DNA of 63,924 bases, filler included, from Atractiella rhizophila (Eukaryota): assembly GCA_021432655.1 (NCBI GenBank). It is 6 parts of 5 records of this genome, joined end to end, with 100 filler letters (N's around TTAATTAATTAA, not from the genome) between each part and the next. Parts side by side here need not be neighbours in the genome. Positions count along the whole stretch, not along the records: positions 37,312 to 59,037 come from MU271439.1; positions 59,138 to 60,420 come from MU271452.1; positions 60,521 to 62,455 come from MU271452.1; positions 62,556 to 63,924 come from MU271534.1; 2 more parts are not named here. One strand, 5' to 3'. A program made the position numbers and the translations under genes. The notes beneath the pieces were generated by a model. It worked only from the letters and a program-made list of their open reading frames with translations, was not told the DNA's origin and did no database searches. Shown piece after piece: positions 52,803 to 63,924 of the stretch (position 1 is the first letter of the stretch; each line of letters starts with the position of its first letter).

Positions 52803-54459
52803 ATGGCTGACCCAACTACGACTGTTACCATTCCAACTCAAATACTCTTTCTAGACAAAGTCTTGAGTGATACCCGCGTTTACCTCACTGCAGTCGTTGC
52901 GGTATACTTCCCGGTGCAAACCCTTCTTGCCCTGAATTGTTATCCTACAGGTCTACGTCTGGGAGTACATCATTACTTTCCACATGGAATACTCGAAAAT
53001 GTGGAAAGCCGAACGTTGGACTCCCGTTCGTTTCGTATTCTTTTTCAATAGGTATTGGGGGATCGGGTTGGCTGTGCGTCTAATTCGAAAAGTTCGTAAT
53101 TTGTACGGGGCTAACAGAATTGTTTTCAGATCCTTTTGATGGTTACTTTATGGACTGAGATCCCTGCGGAAAAATGCAAACACCTTCACTTCATCCAGCC
53201 TGGTTCGTCATTCTCGAATCCCCTTTTCAGCAGTATTTACCTAATCATCTGCACAGTATGGGGTTTGCTTCTCGTTGTCTCTAATGAATTTCTTCTCGGA
53301 GCAAGAGTCTACGCTGTTCGTTCCTTCGCTTGTATAGGAGCCTCTCTGATTAATGAGCTGGCCTCTTTCTCAGATTTGGAACCAAAACAAGCGGATCGCG
53401 TATGGCCTCGGCACCCTCAGCTTTACTGCAGCAGCGGTCAAGATTTTCATATCTGTTCAGGTAGGCGCTCACATATCGTTCTGTTCTAAACTGAAGGAGT
53501 CGTGGTAGGACAAACCAGTCCCCATTCCGGACGGGTTTGGCCTTAAAGGATGCATCTCAAACGCTGGAGTGTCCTATATGTGGGCGCGTCTCTCTATCTC
53601 TTTTTTCCCTCGCCCTCCGACATTGTACGCTCATGCACCATCCTTCGCTGGAACTCTAGGTTCTTTGGGCCCTCCCCCTCCTCTACGACACTGTCGTCTT
53701 CAGTTTAACCCTTGTTCCTCTGTACAAGTATTATAAGACTGGGGGGCGCACCCCTCTTCTTGAGGCTTTCTTGCGGTACCGCCACCCCTTTATGCCAAGT
53801 TAGTGTCTTGCAGCTGACGATGACATGTAGGGATGGAGCCATATTTTTCGCAGTTTCTGTCGCAGTGTATGCCACCCTAGTTTTCACTCTCTTTCGGCTA
53901 GAAAACTGAAAGATATAGGAAAGGAATGTGGTTAACCTAGTATACTTTCTCGTTCCCGGAGTGTAAGCTGTTCCGGTATACCACAGTTGAGACAGATAAC
54001 TGACGACTTCCACAATAGAACGAATAACGCATTCAACGTAATCCTCTTAGTCCAATTCTAAGGTCCAAAGCAAGTCAAGCTGACTGTTTCACAGACCCCA
54101 CTGGCCCTCATCGTCGCAACAATGATGGCTGCTCGCGTCGTACTCAATCTCCGCGCACCTCAGTACAGGATGCATAACTCCTCCTCCCACGCGGGACTGC
54201 CCCCTTCTATCTTCAATACTAGCAATCGCGGCCATGAGACTGGAATAGGGACGCAGAAAGACTATCCGCTCACCGCAGTGCAGGCACCACCGGCTCATGT
54301 TTTGCAGGATTTGAAAAGCGGTGATCGGGTCATGGTCAATATTCAGCGGAGGATGGAAGATGATCAATTGGAATTTGAGTACGCTCTCCGTGCTTTAACA
54401 GCAGATCGTAACTCATCCCTCGTAGGCAAAAGCAGTGGAAGCATGACAGCAGTCCTTGA
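52803..54459 (+). CDS. DUF6533-type multi-pass (GPCR-like) membrane protein, many exons
   Basis: VYVWEYIITFHMEYSKMWK..WTPVRFVFFFNRYW, ARVYA|IW, YDTVVF.LT, RDGAIFF, MMAARVVLNLR; typical of a basidiomycete-expanded family. Confidence 0.75.
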
Positions 54460-54690
54460 TCTTGACAGTCGCAGATTTATTTATGTCCGCCATGGATGGC
54501 AGGGAAAACTTCGTTCTTGTTCTCGGTTGGTTTGTCTTCTAATTCTTCATACTTTCAGCACACACATGTATCAAGCTGTAGCTAGATGTTCATGTTGACT
54601 GTAGGAGGAGTTAAATTAGCGATAAGTTTCTAATGTACACAAAATGCGCGGCCACTCAATACACGGATAAGAAATGCAAATACCCAAATA

Positions 54691-57286
54691 TCACGAAAAT
54701 TCAGCCAAATTTGCATTCCACGGAGGAAGCCCAATGCCTGCTAGAATATCATTGAGATTGATTGAGACGTTGACTGGCGGTAACTGGGATTCTCGGTCAG
54801 ACTTTAAGTTCAATACTGCAACCTCAATAATGGAGATGCTTTGAACGATCCAAGCATGGTCCCATGACGTTTTATAGTCCTCTAGACCATCTTTTATCCT
54901 ACCGCAGATATTTAACAACGATAACAATAGGAGCAAACGACAAACCATCCTAACTCCTCAATTTTGCGTTCAAGGGTGAAAGGAGGAAAGTGACTTTGAA
55001 ACTGAGGGTCGGATCCATTAGGATGTTCCTGAACAGGAGCAGCAATCAAGATGTCGACGAGAGTCGGAATGTAGTCTTGTAGAATGGTAAATGCTAGATA
55101 TGACCCTCCTCCTCCACCTAAACCTCCACATGAGCTTTCATAAACCGTAAGACTGTCTCAAGACGGACCTAAAATCATCGTTTCCTACTGCAAATTCAGC
55201 CATAGCGAAGGGATTGAGAAATAGAAACGGACGTTCATCGTATGCGCCAAGTATCGACCAGCATCTATCGCCAGCCTGAGTGAAAGGCCATAGCATTCCT
55301 CCCAATCAGACCCCTCCCCAAGACGTTCCGTCAGGGTGACATGGACAACAGATGTGAGATAGGCAAAAGATGCTTTCATGAAAAGCATGTAAAATGCTGG
55401 GTTGAAAACCTTATAGCTGGAAGGAAGGCGAGCGAAGTTTTTGATAACGAATGGAATGGTGAGCTCGAAGAAGTACAGTCGTGAGATGATGGTTGAAATT
55501 TTGTCACGACTGAGTGGTTTTCGGCGGGCTGAACGGCAAGTGAGGTCGCTGGCGATCGCGCGAGCAATGAACGCAGATTCAATGTGATGTGGGAGAGCAA
55601 TGTGCCAGAAGACCTGTTCCATGATCAAGTTTTCTCTGTCCAGCGTTTTGTTCCGGCAGTCTTGCTTGAAATTTCTGTAATCAAGCATATTGTTTAGTTA
55701 GGGATGTCTGACAACGGGGTACGAACTCAGAGCCGTTATCCATGGCGTACTGCACTAGGTCTTCCCAAGACATGTCCAGTAGTGCTACCGATTTCGTGAC
55801 ATCGTTCTGGTAACTGTGTGGCGTGCATATTTCTAGGTATTCGTCCTCGGATCTGGAGAGTATCGATCAATCCCTCAGTCTACACACGCGTCATCGAAAC
55901 AACACACATTCTGCAGATCACATTGAGTTATGGCATCTTGCGGACAGCGATACACACGCACGGAGGAATGGTTCCAAGTTTGGCGGCAAGTAGGCTTGTG
56001 AGGATCTGAAGGAAGGGTTAGTGCGATGCTCTCTCTTTTCGACGAGGACTGCATACCCAGACATGATATGCGCTGCGTTCTTGCTCATCGACCCAATCTG
56101 CCACATTATCAGAACCTGCGACCGAAAATGGAGACGACTGACCTTTGGCCGGTGTGTTCTCAAAATAAATCTTGAGCTGCTCACAAGCGAGCACGTTATA
56201 AAGGCGCAGAGTTGTAATGTAGCCAGGTTCATCTGTCCCGATAATTTAACAGCGGAGGAGCAGACAACACATTAACCCACGTTGACAGGCATTCATGAGT
56301 AGAACTACCATCGCCAACGTTTCGGTGCCCAAATTCCCTTTCAAGATCCCTCTAGATTCGCACATGGCAACAGTCGACTCCCACATTTGGGCACCTGCTT
56401 CCAGTCACAACCTATCGGATCAACTTTAAAGGCAGACGTACGAATATCTATTGTAGGACAGTCAAATACGCCGACTTTGTTACCGAAAATGGCGTACCTT
56501 TACGCTCCGCAAGTAGTTTTGAAGACCTGCAAGCTGTTGCCAGAACCACCTGTGATAGAGACTCTTGCTCTTGGGTCATGGTGTCGGTGTTAAAGGCGTG
56601 ATAAAATTTCTGCCACGGATAAAGATGTAGAGGTGTATATGTCGACGAAAGAAATTCTGTCGGCATAGTGAGTGATAAGCGAACAACATTCTCAGCCGTA
56701 AGACGCGCATAAACACAAAGATATTCTGCTCAGCTCAGTCATGAGCTAAGCGGAGGGAAAGCGCGCCGGAGCTAGTGAGCAGGAGCGATAAAGCGGCAAT
56801 TACGGTAAGTGCTGTACGGCAGCTTGAAGGGACACTTTTGTCGCAGTGCTGTGGAGAGGAGACTCCAAATTGCACCCCAGCTTTCAGAGACGGGATTAAC
56901 GCACCCTGTACCAACACGTTCCTCATAGCTTTGGTCAACACCTCTTTCACAGCTCGCTGCTCCGCTATTGCGGTGACCGTGACCTTGAGCCCAGCTCCAG
57001 TTCCATGAACAGTGCCATCAGCCGGAGCACCTGAGCCAAACTTCTGTCTAGCCAGAGCCACTACTTCTCCATCTCTCCTGTACTTCCTTCCATTACTCAG
57101 CTTCCGCTCTAACGTACAACGCAGGTCACGTTTCCGACATTGCAGGCAGGGATCTTCGAGAGAGGTAGATGCCCGGTCGCACCGTATTCGACGCATCCGA
57201 CAGGCGTCGCAGGAGGGGAGCTTTGGCATGGGGGAGGGAGTGACGCCTTGCGAAGAAGGGGTCGAGGTCGAAGTATGGGAAGTCAT
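54691..57286 (-). CDS. Zn(II)2Cys6 fungal transcription factor, multi-exon
   Basis: SCDACRMRRIRCDR..DPCLQCRKRDLRCT followed by a basic linker and downstream coding exons (55185-55688, 54691-54948). Confidence 0.8.
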
Positions 57287-58231
57287 CTTGCGTTCGTCGT
57301 CAGCTTTGGCAACTGGGACACAAGTGATGAACGAGCCGACGGGAAGCCTGCGCAAGAGCTGTCGAAGAGCGGGGTAGCTCAGAGTGAAGCTGGCAAGTAT
57401 TACCCACTTATCTGCAGTAAAATTGGATGGATATCATCCATATCATCCATATCTTGAGTCATATTTTGGTGACGCCGCTTCCATAGAACTTGGAGCTTAG
57501 AAAGCTTGCGGCATATTCGTTTACTTTCGAAATTGAAGCTGAAGGAGCAGGTCGGCGTCCAAGGCTTTGCATAGCCATTTCTGAGCTTTAGCATGTTATA
57601 AGCAGGGCACAAGCAAGGCACAAGATAACATCATTTCGTGCTGATTTCGTGCTGAAGACGATCTACCTCTGTCTTCATGGTCAAGTCGTCACTCCTCCCC
57701 ATCCGATTGCCTTGCAAGGCACACCCTTGTATGGCTCCACCTAGATTTCAAAGCTTCCATTCTCGCTCTTCTACCAAAGCGACCGTGCCGACTTGCACTC
57801 CTTGAGGGCTTGAACTGATGCTTCCCTTGCAGGAGTCGATCATTCATCCCGCTTTTCCGACCGAGACAATTTTACAGCCAATCAAGACGAGAAGGAGAGT
57901 GATGCGATAGGATTCTGTCTGTCAACCCAGAAGGAGGGTCGAGACTGTACCTTGTCTCAGTGCGTATTTTCTACATTCTCGCAACGGGTCCGGTTCAAGG
58001 TTTTGTCGATCTTTCATACGTATACTCTTTCTGTCAAATCGCACATTGTCAAGGGTGTAAACAGTCTCAGAAATCGGACTCTTTTGAAATTTCACCCGCA
58101 ATAGAAAAGATGACAACATCTAAATGACGCCCCTACAAGTAAAGGACAGGACCAGGATTTTGTTGCAGTCACTTTTGGCACAGGTTATTGTTACAACATT
58201 CTGACTGTTCCAATCCCAACCCACGCGCGTT

Positions 58232-58889
58232 TCAATCAGGGAGAAAGTCCCACTTGATATCAAATTTTCCAGTCGTAGCCCCATCGAAAAGGGTTGCGAA
58301 AGGCGTCGGTGTGAAATCAAGGTCATCCCTCTCACAACCAGGGCACCTAAATTTGTATCAGCAAACGCTGTCCTTATTCCGTCAAATTAACTCACTTGTC
58401 TTTCACAGTTACTGTGATATTTTTACCCGTGCTTGGGTTCTGGACGTTAATCTAGCCAACAATGTTTCAGCCTTTACGACGAGTGACTGTGTTAAGTGTA
58501 CCTTTCTATCGCAGACCTGGTTCAGGTTCGGATTTGTTGTCCCAGAAATGGCTTGAAACTCCTCCCAGAGAGTTCCACCTATTGCCTGCATTCCATTGAT
58601 GTCCAACCGTTTAAAAGAAGAAAGAGTGGGTAGACTGACGACGATGAAATCGCTGTTTGTATTCTGATCTCCGCAAGCTCCTGGCCCTCCTTCCGTGTCG
58701 AATCTGTTACAAAGATGTCAGAATAACTCCATCATCGTGGCGAATGATGAAGACTAACACGTTCCCATGTCCGAAATGAACTGCTCTTTTCTCGAGGTTG
58801 ACCATCACGCTGTGCTCAACTGGAACTGGAGTACCGACCGCAGAAGTAACTAGGATAGAGAAAATAGCTGTAATAGTGAAAACCCTCAT
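58232..58889 (-). CDS. Secreted expansin/loosenin-like RlpA double-psi beta-barrel protein
   Basis: Signal peptide plus EKR kexin site; GGPGACG..NSDFIV|AIG; NPNLNQVCDRK; CPGC..DDLDFTPTPF; IKWDF*. Confidence 0.8.
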
Positions 58890-59037
58890 TTTTGGAAAAA
58901 GAACCTCGAACGGAGACTGATTAATGGGCGCTCGTCGTCAAAGGGAATGTCATTCCCATTTTATACACTTGGGCAAATTGCTGGCCTTGGGAGAGGAGAT
59001 GTACTCCACGACCTTTTCCACTGTTTTCCTGGTCTTT

Positions 59038-59137
59038 NNNNNNNNNNNNNNNNNNNNNNNNNNNNNNNNNNNNNNNNNNNNTTAATTAATTAANNNNNNN
59101 NNNNNNNNNNNNNNNNNNNNNNNNNNNNNNNNNNNNN
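59038..59137. other. Artificial contig linker
   Basis: N44-TTAATTAATTAA-N44. Confidence 0.97.
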
Positions 59138-60420
59138 TTTGGGGGTCAAATTCACGTCGGTTACCTTCTTCTCGTCGGTCCCTACCTGACCCAAGAACTC
59201 GTCGAGCCAAGCCAGCGCATGTTCAGCCTTATTCTTCGACGCCTCCAGTTCTTTCTTCTCTTCCTCACTCTTCTCCAACGCACTCCTGAACTTCTCCCTG
59301 AGATCCCAGCCAGCCATGCGGAGAACTTTTCGAGTTTCTTTCGACACTCGATCCGAGTGAGCGCTCGCGAAAGACTCCTCGTTTGTGGATGATGCGAGAA
59401 GGTGAGAAGAGGACGAAGCGGGAAGGTAAGAAGCCTGAAGTTTCTTTCCAATGTTTCGAGGGATGGCACGAGGCAGGTCAATAATCACGTAGACGGCCAA
59501 GCCGAGAGCTATCATAAGATCGTTAGTTGGAATCATTCAAGTCAATGGTATGATGACGTACTGAGAACACCAACAACTGGCCCAGCCCACTTCCTGGCAT
59601 GCTTGCTTCCTAATATCTCGGCAAAGCGAGACACACCTTCCACAAATCCCCTTACACCAATTGCCCTCGAACCAAACATAGTGAAGGCTCCAACGCCAAG
59701 GCTGACTACACTGAGAGTTCCAGCATCAGCTTCTTCGACCTTTTGGACGGCCTTCTGTCCTTGAATAACCTTGAACAATCTGTCGAGGTCGAAGAAGTCG
59801 AGCACAGAAACCTCAATAGAATGATTCTGAGTCGCACCAAGTCCAACGCCTCCAGCAAGAACCTGGAAACGCCTGTCCAATCCCTTCCTCCTCTTATTGA
59901 ACATGACCTCCGGTCTGAAAACACGATCATTCTTTCCTTTCTCGGCCTCTGGAAGATACTTGTTGCCAAGGTCCATCATGATCTCACGGACTCCAGCAGT
60001 CGTTTCTTGCCTCGTTACTTCTTCCACCAACCTCACCTCCCCTTCCAACGACATAACAAGCGAGTCCCTGACCTCAGCAGCCCATTGCCAAATTCCTAGG
60101 ATACCGGGATATTCAGGGAGGTGAGTGGGAATGTGAAAGCCGTCATCCATGATAAGGCGACGAATCGCTTCCTCCTTGGCACCTCCTTGGTTGAACGGAA
60201 TGACACGTCCATCTCCAATAATATTGACTGCGGTTTTGAGCTTCGTCAAGGCTAAGGTCCTCACACTTTCCACGATCTCCTCCTCCACCCTCGTGATGTC
60301 CTCCTCAACCTCATCCCTCGCCTTATTCAACCTCTCATTCTCAGGCATAATTCTTTCCAACTCTTGAACAGTAACCTCCAACTCCTTCTCGGCTGCAGCC
60401 ACGTTCGCGTCTCCCAAAAT
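59138..60420 (-). CDS. FZO1: Mitofusin (transmembrane GTPase) C-terminal half, partial contig
   Basis: EYPGILGIWQWAAEVRDSL, RVFRPEVMF, two hydrophobic segments, YVIIDLPRAIPRNIGKKL, HSDRVSKETRKVLR..WDLREKF coiled coil. Confidence 0.8.
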
Positions 60421-60520
60421 NNNNNNNNNNNNNNNNNNNNNNNNNNNNNNNNNNNNNNNNNNNNTTAATTAATTAANNNNNNNNNNNNNNNNNNNNNNNN
60501 NNNNNNNNNNNNNNNNNNNN
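60421..60520. other. Artificial contig linker
   Basis: N44-TTAATTAATTAA-N44. Confidence 0.97.
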
Positions 60521-62455
60521 AACACCTCAGTGCTTTCATTCCACCTCAGTTCACTTCGCCTGCCTCTCTCTCCATCAAACCCTCCGACCCGGCCACCGTT
60601 CAACCTCAGCACGCCGCCGCTCCTCTTCAAATGCATCCTGAATTTGTTCAGGCCGGCGCACGAAAAGCTGTTCCACTCGTCTCCAACATCCAAGCCTTTT
60701 CCACCCCAGCACGAACATCCTTACCGCATCCCGCAGTGCGTTTGCTCATTCTTGGTCTACCAGACGAAGGAGCACAGAACCGAGTGGAGACGCAAATGAA
60801 GATCACGCTGGCCCTTGTCCAAGACAAAGATCCTGACGCCATTCCTGTAGAACGATGCAAGAATGCCGATGGTTGGCTCACGGAGGAGGCGAGCGAGCAA
60901 TACATGCGGGTGGGAAGCTACAGTCACATCAAGCTGCCAGGTTTCTCTGCTCTCAAGAAGAGGAACCCGAAGCATATCAAGCAAGGCATTCCCGAAGAGG
61001 AGACCCTCTTTGTTGATGTCGAAGTCGTCGCTTGCACCACCGGAGACGTCGTCAGCTGTTGCTCCTCCTGTATTGAGAGGGAACGAAAGCGCTCACAGCG
61101 GAAGATCGAGAACCGTGTGCGACCTGCTTTGGAGGTACCCCCAGACAGGGAAGAATTGGAGGATGATTTTGAGGCCAAGAAGATTGTCGTCTTTAATTGT
61201 GGGCAGATGATCAGCTTCGAGAATGGAGAGGCGACCCTCCCAATGCGGATAACTTGCTACTGCCGACATCATTTCAAGGAGAAGAAAGGATTCGTGTTTG
61301 TCTCCCTTCCTCTCATTTGCAAGCTTTAAACTCACAAACTTGCAGCGTCTGCTTCCGACTACGCAATCACGTTGGACAAATAGTCGCTGAATCCATGACA
61401 CCTCCAATCATGATAACCGACAATCACAAGGCGAAACCAGCTTCTGCTGCCGCTAACCTGGACAATTTTGGCTCTACCTCGACATCGTACGACACATCCA
61501 TGTCGCTAAAGGCTCCACGACGTGCACGAAAAGGGAAGGAGCTCCCGGCACGTAGTTCAAGAGGCAAATTACGAGCAGACGAAGACGATAGCGAAGAGGA
61601 GGCATGGGTACGGAAGGAACACGAGAAGAAGCCATACGAAAGACCCTTACATGCCAAGAACAACGGTAGAAAAGCGTCCAAGCTTACCATGACGCCGCTC
61701 AATCTTTCAAAACCGCCCTCTCCTCAACTCCATCCTCTTTCCTCGGGGATGGCTACTCCACCAGACTTCTTCAACCTTCATGGCCATTCTTCAGCATCTC
61801 ATGAGCCTGTCTTTGCAAATGCATTCGCCTCCTACGGTTCCCAGACCTCTAGCTCCGTTCCTTCCCCTGTTGCGCTACGGAACAACACTCCGCTCCCTTC
61901 TCGTGGATCTCAGGGTCATCCAGCTCTGGCGGCAGATTCACCTGAAGCGAGCATTGACAGCGCTTTCTCTTCAATGTTTGGAGGTGGACCAGCGGGAACG
62001 AGCGCGACGTCAACAATGAATGATGCCCTGGACGGCAAGCCGGTGCTCAGCAGGGTCATCCCAAGCTCGGGACCTACGTATGGTGGAATAGAAGTGACTA
62101 TCGTACGTTAATCATTCTTGCAAACGAAAGCCACTCATTTCATTCATAGCTTGGGGAAAACTTCGGAGACCGCATTATGGGACAGACTTTACAAGTTATG
62201 TTTGGCGACACACCCGCTACAACTATGTGGTACTCGTCGACAACCCTTCTGTGCACCTTACCTCCAAGTTCGACTCCTGGACCTGTTCTTGTCAGTCTGA
62301 AGGATATGCCGATTACTCTTGAGCAAGGAAATGTCCTCCCTCTCTTCACATATACAGACACCACTGACAAGCAGCTCCTCGAGCTTGCACTTCAAGTCGT
62401 CGGATTACAACTAAGTAAGCTGCGGCCTATTGTAGATGTCCACTCTGACAGTTTG
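60521..62455 (+). CDS. MGA2: SPT23/MGA2-family membrane-bound transcription factor (IPT/TIG domain), partial
   Basis: RVETQMKITL, C..C..RERKR, RITCYCRHH.KEKKGF, PPIMITDNHK, IPSSGPTYGGIEVTI, LLELALQVVGL. Confidence 0.85.
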
Positions 62456-62555
62456 NNNNNNNNNNNNNNNNNNNNNNNNNNNNNNNNNNNNNNNNNNNNT
62501 TAATTAATTAANNNNNNNNNNNNNNNNNNNNNNNNNNNNNNNNNNNNNNNNNNNN
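62456..62555. other. Artificial contig linker
   Basis: N44-TTAATTAATTAA-N44. Confidence 0.97.
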
Positions 62556-63736
62556 GAGAGCATGAAATCGGTAATCGAGAGACTGAAAAACTTGGATGGC
62601 AAGATTCGCATACGAATGAACCGCGCTGGCGAGCTGCGGTGCGGCGCTCTTTGACTCTTCTAACATTTCTGGAGTAGAAATTGACGTATAGTGGCGATAG
62701 GTTAAAGACGGTTTGTGACCCAGCCGTCATTGAGGTGGAATGGCGAGGGTGCAACAACCCCAATCTCGGTGCGTCGCCTTCAATGGAGAATGAGTGCTGT
62801 TGTGAAGCGGGAAATAGCGGCTGAAGAGGATGAGGAGGGAAGAAGAGCGAGGGAAGAAGAGCCGCCTAATACTTTTCATTCGGTCTCCATCGCGAGTAAG
62901 AATCTGGCAAGATTCTTAACTAGTTATGCAATGGGGAAGGTGTGCATTGCCTGTGCGTTTCTCCACCGGCTTTCCAGTCATGTCGGGACGAGACGAGATA
63001 ACTGTTGGTTTACCAGGTGTTTGTCCGGGACACTCTGTCATATTTTATGTCTATATCGGCAGTTTCAGAAACCCTGGAGGTATCATGACTTTCTATGTGC
63101 CTGCATTTGACGATGAAGATGACGAGTGACTTATTCTCTTTCTCTTATCGTCTTTCTCTTTTATATGTCGGGCAGTGATGTCGAAGTCTCACAATGAGAA
63201 TCGTTAGATGTTTTCCGAACTGATCAGCCGATCAGCTCCAATAAAGAGAAGTATATATCCTTGCATTCCGCTTATAATCAAGTCATTCAATCTCAACCTC
63301 GTTTGAGTGAGGTGACGAACAAAGAAGATATTAGATGCTGCTTTGAACGACAGGAGACGTACATGTGCCATGTGTCGTACGGACCGGGAGGATTCTCTGT
63401 GGAATCAGCACCGCCGCTCTCAATCCGCAAAGGAATCAAAGGTGCACAAAGGTTTGCTTTGCTCAGGCAAGAAGAGTTAGAGTAAGTTACACTTTTTTAC
63501 TTTTTCGCAAGACTGAGACAAGCCTTTTGGTGGAAACTCAAGGTTGAACCGGGAGTCACGACATTGTGAGAGGAGGAAGAACCGCCAAGGACTGCACCTT
63601 GAAGGCTTTATCCTCGGTTCGACGGTAAACGTTTGAGGACTTTTCTGCGATAAAGCAACAGGCGCCTTGAAGTTCCTGGGGACACCCAATCCACGCTCAT
63701 TTTCTGCATTCGCTAATCCAGCTCTTATCTTGCAAG

Positions 63737-63924
63737 ATGTCGATTTCTTCACCATCCCCTCGAACTCGCCTACGCCTCCTCCTCCTCCTTTTCATCCTTC
63801 TCTCTTCCCCCGACTTCCACTCCCGCCGAGTCTCCAGCTCATTAGCTCAAGCAGCGCCGACGGAGCAGGACGCTACCGTCTCACACCTTCTGGCCCGAGG
63901 CATGGACGGAGTGGGTAGCGCTAG
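63737..63924 (+). CDS. Possible start of a secreted/membrane protein running off the window
   Basis: MSISSPSPRTRLRLLLLLFILLSS... (signal-anchor-like), open to the window end. Confidence 0.3.
   Translation, partial: MSISSPSPRTRLRLLLLLFILLSSPDFHSRRVSSSLAQAAPTEQDATVSHLLARGMDGVGSA

Overview
Intron-rich eukaryotic (fungal) DNA, inferred to be basidiomycete from the Cap64-like, DUF6533 and Zn2Cys6 genes and the ~50-nt GT-AG introns. The window is a pseudo-scaffold. Five artificial 100-bp N44-TTAATTAATTAA-N44 linkers and two 25-N gaps join separate pieces, so adjacency across them is not biological evidence. Recognisable genes: LCB2, two SGNH-fold proteins (one Cap64-like), a DUF4211-type protein, CYS3, HAT1, two Zn2Cys6 factors, a P-loop kinase, NDUFA8, a DHA2 MFS transporter, TAF5, a partial nitronate monooxygenase, an NF-YC-like protein, an SDR, a DUF6533 membrane protein, an expansin/RlpA-like secreted protein, and partial FZO1 and SPT23/MGA2. 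A Ty1/copia element with its 5' LTR and PBS is also present. Two observations stand out. (i) A tandemly duplicated, divergently transcribed cassette (28.4-37.2 kb) pairs a PD-(D/E)xK-like nuclease gene with a kinase-like gene; it is now decaying and shows mosaic identity between copies. (ii) The ATG7 5' end is joined out of frame to a 5'-truncated TAF5. All calls come from motif recognition by eye, no searches were run, and exon boundaries are approximate.
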